A stretch of DNA of 30,218 nucleotides from an uncultured Dehalococcoidia bacterium. Its GTDB lineage: Bacteria > Chloroflexota > Dehalococcoidia > DSTF01 > WHTK01. Below, piece after piece: positions 27,215 through 30,218 of the stretch. The stretch lies in assembly GCA_964422735.1 (NCBI GenBank), contig CAYRCD010000033.1, positions 1 to 30,218 of the forward strand. The letters are read 5' to 3'. Under the pieces are notes generated by a model. The model did not search any database. It saw only the letters and a program-made list of their open reading frames with translations, and was not told the origin of the DNA. Each line of letters begins with the position of its first letter. Within the stretch, counting starts at the first letter, position 1. The position numbers and the translations under genes are program-made.

Positions 27215-27403
27215 TCAGCTGACCTTCTTCTTGAGCGCTCTCAAGTTGTCGCTCACCTTTGCCAGCGTTTCTTGCCGTCTCGCTTTGGATTTTTGAATCC
27301 TGCCGGCGATCTCCATTTGGGCGCTACCAGTCACCGTTCCCACCATCTCCCTGGCTATGCCAACGTTCTCGTTAGCTATGCCTTCGACATGATCACTTGT
27401 CAT
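27215..27403 (-). CDS. CsbD-family general stress protein
   Basis: 62 aa; 'EGIANENVGIAREMVGTVTGSAQMEIAGRIQKSKA' follows the CsbD pattern (xGKAKEAVGKVTGD..LEAEGK). Confidence 0.7.
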   Translation of the reverse strand: MTSDHVEGIANENVGIAREMVGTVTGSAQMEIAGRIQKSKARRQETLAKVSDNLRALKKKVS

Positions 27404-27455
27404 TCGTTCCTCTCATCCGCACCGGGGCGGTCTGATGCCGCCCGGGCCGGCTGCG

Positions 27456-28316
27456 TTAGCACTGGGCAACCATTACGCCGGTGGTGCTTGGCACCCACCC
27501 CGAGGCCGTGAGGGTGTTGACGCGCCAGAAGTGAACAGTGTTCGTCAGGATCCCGGGCCAGACCACTACACCTGCTGCTGGCGAGAAAGGCCCGCCGCCG
27601 AGGAAGGTTCCCGGAGCGAAACCGTTGTCGAAGAGGGTGATATCGACGTACTGAAGGAAGCCTGGTGGAGACGTCGGCGACCAGCGAAAGGTTACGGTCG
27701 CCCGACCGGCACCGGTGCAGCCAAAAGGAGATGGAAGCAGGACCGCCGGTCCGCAGGGCGAAAATGTGGCGAAGGATGAGGATACCCACCCGCTAGCAGT
27801 GAAAGCTGTCACCCGCCAGAAGTGGGCGAGGCCGGGACGGATGCCGTTCCAGGTCACGCTATTGGTCGACGGGATGAGTTCACCGGTGGTGACGTAGGTC
27901 CCGTCCACAAAGTTGTTGTCGGAGAGTGAGAGGTCGAGATACTGGCTGATGGCGCCGCTGCCCGGCTGCCAGCTGAATGTCACCGTGGCGCTCGACGCGA
28001 CGCAAACACTGTTGGAGAAGTTAAGAACCGGCGACGTAACCGGCACCGGTACGGTCGTGGATGTCGCTGTGGCCGTTGGCGGGGTCGAAGTGACGGGAGG
28101 GGTCGACGTCGGCGGCGTAGCCGTCTCGAGGGTCGCGAAGGCGGCCACCGGGCCAGAGCCACCGATTCGGGCGAGAACGAGCAGGGCTACTCCGAGGACG
28201 GCGAGAAGCGAAAGTGTGAGGAGCCTGCGGGCGCCTGGTCGCCCTGGATTGAGGTTGCCCGAAGGCTCCGCCGTGACGTGGTTGTGGGTTACCGCTGTCG
28301 CCTTCTCGTTTTCCAT
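27456..28316 (-). CDS. signal-anchored protein with Pro/Thr linker and two tandem roughly 90-aa domains of an unrecognised, FN3/Ig-like family
   Basis: ATG at 28316 with AAGGAA 8 nt upstream. TM 'LLTLSLLAVLGVALLVLA'. Both repeats contain C..TVTF.W.P...QY.D..L.DN.F..GT.......W.GI....HFWRV...TASGWV.S. Confidence 0.65.
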   Translation of the reverse strand: MENEKATAVTHNHVTAEPSGNLNPGRPGARRLLTLSLLAVLGVALLVLARIGGSGPVAAFATLETATPPTSTPPVTSTPPTATATSTTVPVPVTSPVLNFSNSVCVASSATVTFSWQPGSGAISQYLDLSLSDNNFVDGTYVTTGELIPSTNSVTWNGIRPGLAHFWRVTAFTASGWVSSSFATFSPCGPAVLLPSPFGCTGAGRATVTFRWSPTSPPGFLQYVDITLFDNGFAPGTFLGGGPFSPAAGVVVWPGILTNTVHFWRVNTLTASGWVPSTTGVMVAQC

Positions 28317-28472
28317 TGTCAAATTTCCTTTCAAAGATCCGGGACGCTAACGATTACCGTGGCGACTCGAGCTCAGAGGACGGCTGCTGCTTGATCGAAC
28401 TCGGTCATCAAGTGAGTCCAGTAAACGTGGCGGTGGCCGCCCTCGTTTGCCTGCCTTCCACTTTGTCGCTGG

Positions 28473-28685
28473 TCAGTAGATGCCCCCTCGGTCCGTTCCC
28501 CGGCGGTCCGCTTGGGCTATCAAGCTGCGAGCCTCAGGTCGCAGGCGGGCAGCGGCCACCGTTCTACCGCACTGGAGGCAGCGCCACTCCGACGCGTCAG
28601 ACCGATCGAGATAGGCATCGCCACCACATTTCTGACAAGACCTCGGCCTTACGCTGCGGCTTGGTTGTTGGGCGTTCACCTGCAT
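28473..28685 (-). CDS. small Cys4 zinc-ribbon protein, paralog A (70 aa), C-x2-C-x15-C-x2-C
   Basis: 'SCQKCGGDAYLDRSDASEWRCLQCGRT'. ATG at 28685; it shares a 20-nt identical stretch (tggaggcagcgccactcc) with paralog B. Confidence 0.5.
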   Translation of the reverse strand: MQVNAQQPSRSVRPRSCQKCGGDAYLDRSDASEWRCLQCGRTVAAARLRPEARSLIAQADRRGTDRGGIY

Positions 28686-28698
28686 CAGCGCTTCCTTC

Positions 28699-28914
28699 TC
28701 AACCGATCGCCCTGGCGCCTTCTAAACTGCCTTCACTCGTAGCCGTCGCCGGCTCCAGATTCGTCATTTCGAATAGGACGAATACGGCACTGATCAACAC
28801 GATCAGCCCAGCCAGGGCCAAAATGTCATTGCCCAAGTCAGCACCAGTCTTCGAGAGGAATCCAACCAGAAAGGCACTCGAAGTGCACTTGATTAATGCC
28901 GAGAGAACATTCAT
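28699..28914 (-). CDS. possible small membrane protein (71 aa)
   Basis: Internal ATG of a 153-aa track ORF; hydrophobic 'ILALAGLIVLISAVFVLF'. AT-rich codons and a weak RBS, so low confidence. Confidence 0.25.
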   Translation of the reverse strand: MNVLSALIKCTSSAFLVGFLSKTGADLGNDILALAGLIVLISAVFVLFEMTNLEPATATSEGSLEGARAIG

Positions 28915-29035
28915 GTCTGAGATGGTCCATCTTTCCGCTGAGGGCAGTACTGTGGGCCAATCTTGGATCGGCAGACAGCACGAGAGCGTTACGAGATCGT
29001 GACAGGCCCTCAGTGCGGCGTAGCCCTGCAATCCT

Positions 29036-30145
29036 TTAAGCCTGGCCTCGTTTGGGGCGCAGAAGCGCCAGGGCGACGGCGCCGAGCAAGAGCACCGCAG
29101 CAAAGGCAATTCCAGCAGCGGGCCGCCCGCTTCTCGTGTGTTGGAGAAGCCCAGCGTCACCGGTTTGGGGCGGGATGACCGAGACCGCGGGGACAGCGGG
29201 GAGCACCTGCGGGGCCGGGACCGCCACAGGCGGCTGCTTCCTGGCGGTGATCCCCGCCAGCAAGCCTTGCAGGCCTCCCGAGCCGACAGGCGTTGGGGGG
29301 ACTTGAGGGATTACCAAGGGAGGGATCACGAAGGGAGGGATGATGGAAGGAGGGATGGTGAAGGGAGGTGATGGCGTGGTCGGGACCGAGGCGCAGCTCG
29401 GGCCGGTGATTGTGTTGGTGTCCAGCGACACTTGGCCAGTTTGCGCCAGGGCTCGACCGTTCAAGCTTGCGCCGGTCTGCAGGCTGATGGACGTGAGCGC
29501 GAGAATATTTCCGATGAACGTAGTGCCTGTACCGACGGTGCCGGACGAAACGAGCCTCCACCACACGTTACACGGGTCGCCACCGGTAACGGATGAATTG
29601 CTCGATGTCGTGAGCGTTGCCGCCGACTTGAAAATCCAGACGCCTGACCCACTTAGCGTCAGGTTTCCAGTTAGGAGGAAGGCGCCGGCGCAGTAGACAC
29701 CCGGCCCGAGAGGCGAGACCAGGGTCAGGTCCTGCACGCCCGCGTAGGTGGTATCGCAACCCTGGTCGATGAACGTGAATGCAGCGGTGTTAGCAGCCTG
29801 AGCCGCAGCCGCGTGCGCATCGGCGTCGTGTATCGTTCCTGGAGGACCGACGATACCCGGAGGAAAGCCGGTGTAATGCGGTGGTACTCCGATGCTTGGG
29901 CTGACACCCAGATTTCCAGGCATCGTGGTCGCGCCGGTATTGGTCACTATCGAGCCAGCCAACACCGAGTAACTCGCCGCCGCACCAAGGGAGGGAGCAG
30001 TTGCGGCCTCTCCGCCTACCGCGTCGATGCTCGCCAAGAGCACCGCGGATGTCACGAGTCCCATAAGGGCCGCCCAGCGGGTGCCCGTCCCTAGACGTTT
30101 AAGGCCAGGGTCCCTTGAGGGTGCGGGGGTAGGGCTGGATTTCAT
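29036..30145 (-). CDS. DUF3494 ice-binding-like domain secreted protein with Pro-rich stalk and C-terminal sorting-signal-like anchor
   Basis: Signal peptide. 'YSVLAGSIVTNTGATTMPGNLGVSP...CNVWWRLVSSGTVGTGTTFIGNILALTSISLQTGASLNGRALAQTGQVSLDTNTI' is a near-consensus DUF3494 match. C-terminus is 'PPQTGD', then a hydrophobic stretch, then 'RPKRGQA'. Confidence 0.8.
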   Translation of the reverse strand: MKSSPTPAPSRDPGLKRLGTGTRWAALMGLVTSAVLLASIDAVGGEAATAPSLGAAASYSVLAGSIVTNTGATTMPGNLGVSPSIGVPPHYTGFPPGIVGPPGTIHDADAHAAAAQAANTAAFTFIDQGCDTTYAGVQDLTLVSPLGPGVYCAGAFLLTGNLTLSGSGVWIFKSAATLTTSSNSSVTGGDPCNVWWRLVSSGTVGTGTTFIGNILALTSISLQTGASLNGRALAQTGQVSLDTNTITGPSCASVPTTPSPPFTIPPSIIPPFVIPPLVIPQVPPTPVGSGGLQGLLAGITARKQPPVAVPAPQVLPAVPAVSVIPPQTGDAGLLQHTRSGRPAAGIAFAAVLLLGAVALALLRPKRGQA

Positions 30146-30218
30146 CGACGTTCCCTTTCTATGTCTAGCAGGGTGCTGAAGAATGAGGTTGCTGAGACGT
30201 TGTCGGTGTCCTCATCCT

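Noticed and set aside
28915-29160. Upstream part of the 153-aa track ORF 28699..29160
   Set aside because: It overlaps the 3' end of the DUF3494 gene, so only the internal 71-aa hydrophobic segment is plausible.

Overview
This is a high-GC bacterial chromosomal segment with an Actinobacteria- or Chloroflexi-like feel: GTG/TTG starts are frequent, 4-nt start/stop overlaps are common, and AAGGAG/GGAGG ribosome-binding sites recur. All calls come from reading the sequence and the ORF track. I ran no database searches, and composition statements are by eye rather than computed.

I see no rRNA, tRNA, CRISPR array, transposase or integrase.

Housekeeping half (about 0.3-22.4 kb):
- A lipid-modification cluster: a Cfa-family methyltransferase, a DUF1365 protein and an FAD amine-oxidase-like oxidoreductase in one minus-strand operon, plus a divergent SDR and an acyl-ACP-desaturase-like diiron protein.
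- A Bcp peroxiredoxin.
- A 676-aa flotillin/SPFH protein with a triplicated N-terminal repeat.
- A tightly coupled minus-strand operon: coaE, a CbbQ/NorQ-type AAA+ ATPase, a lipoprotein cyclophilin, a cytoplasmic cyclophilin, and a hypothetical.
- A TatA carrying a C-terminal zinc ribbon.
- A HAD hydrolase, a Zn-dependent alcohol dehydrogenase, an archaeal-type PEP carboxylase, a zinc-finger/TM/LysM protein translationally coupled to a membrane protein, RadC, a Cof-type hydrolase, Ogt and an enoyl-CoA hydratase.

Accessory-looking stretch (about 22.5-30.2 kb):
- It is visibly lower in GC and every gene is on the minus strand.
- A VapBC-like toxin-antitoxin pair sits at one end.
- Three paralogous small Cys4 zinc-ribbon ORFs follow; two share about 75% nucleotide identity. 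One of them is paired with a 98-aa unknown protein.
- A GlsB/YeaQ/YmgE stress-protein gene is duplicated, with its 5' UTR, as roughly 330-bp direct repeats at about 93% identity. The repeats flank a 1.9-kb cassette of small membrane-protein genes, including a 20-aa hydrophobic micro-ORF with a strong RBS.
- Beyond that lie a CsbD-like stress protein, a membrane-anchored protein with two novel roughly 90-aa tandem domains carrying an 'HFWRV' motif, and a DUF3494 ice-binding-like secreted protein with a sortase-like C-terminal signal.

The most interesting candidate for an undescribed system is the zinc-ribbon paralog family and its two-gene module within this stress/envelope island.
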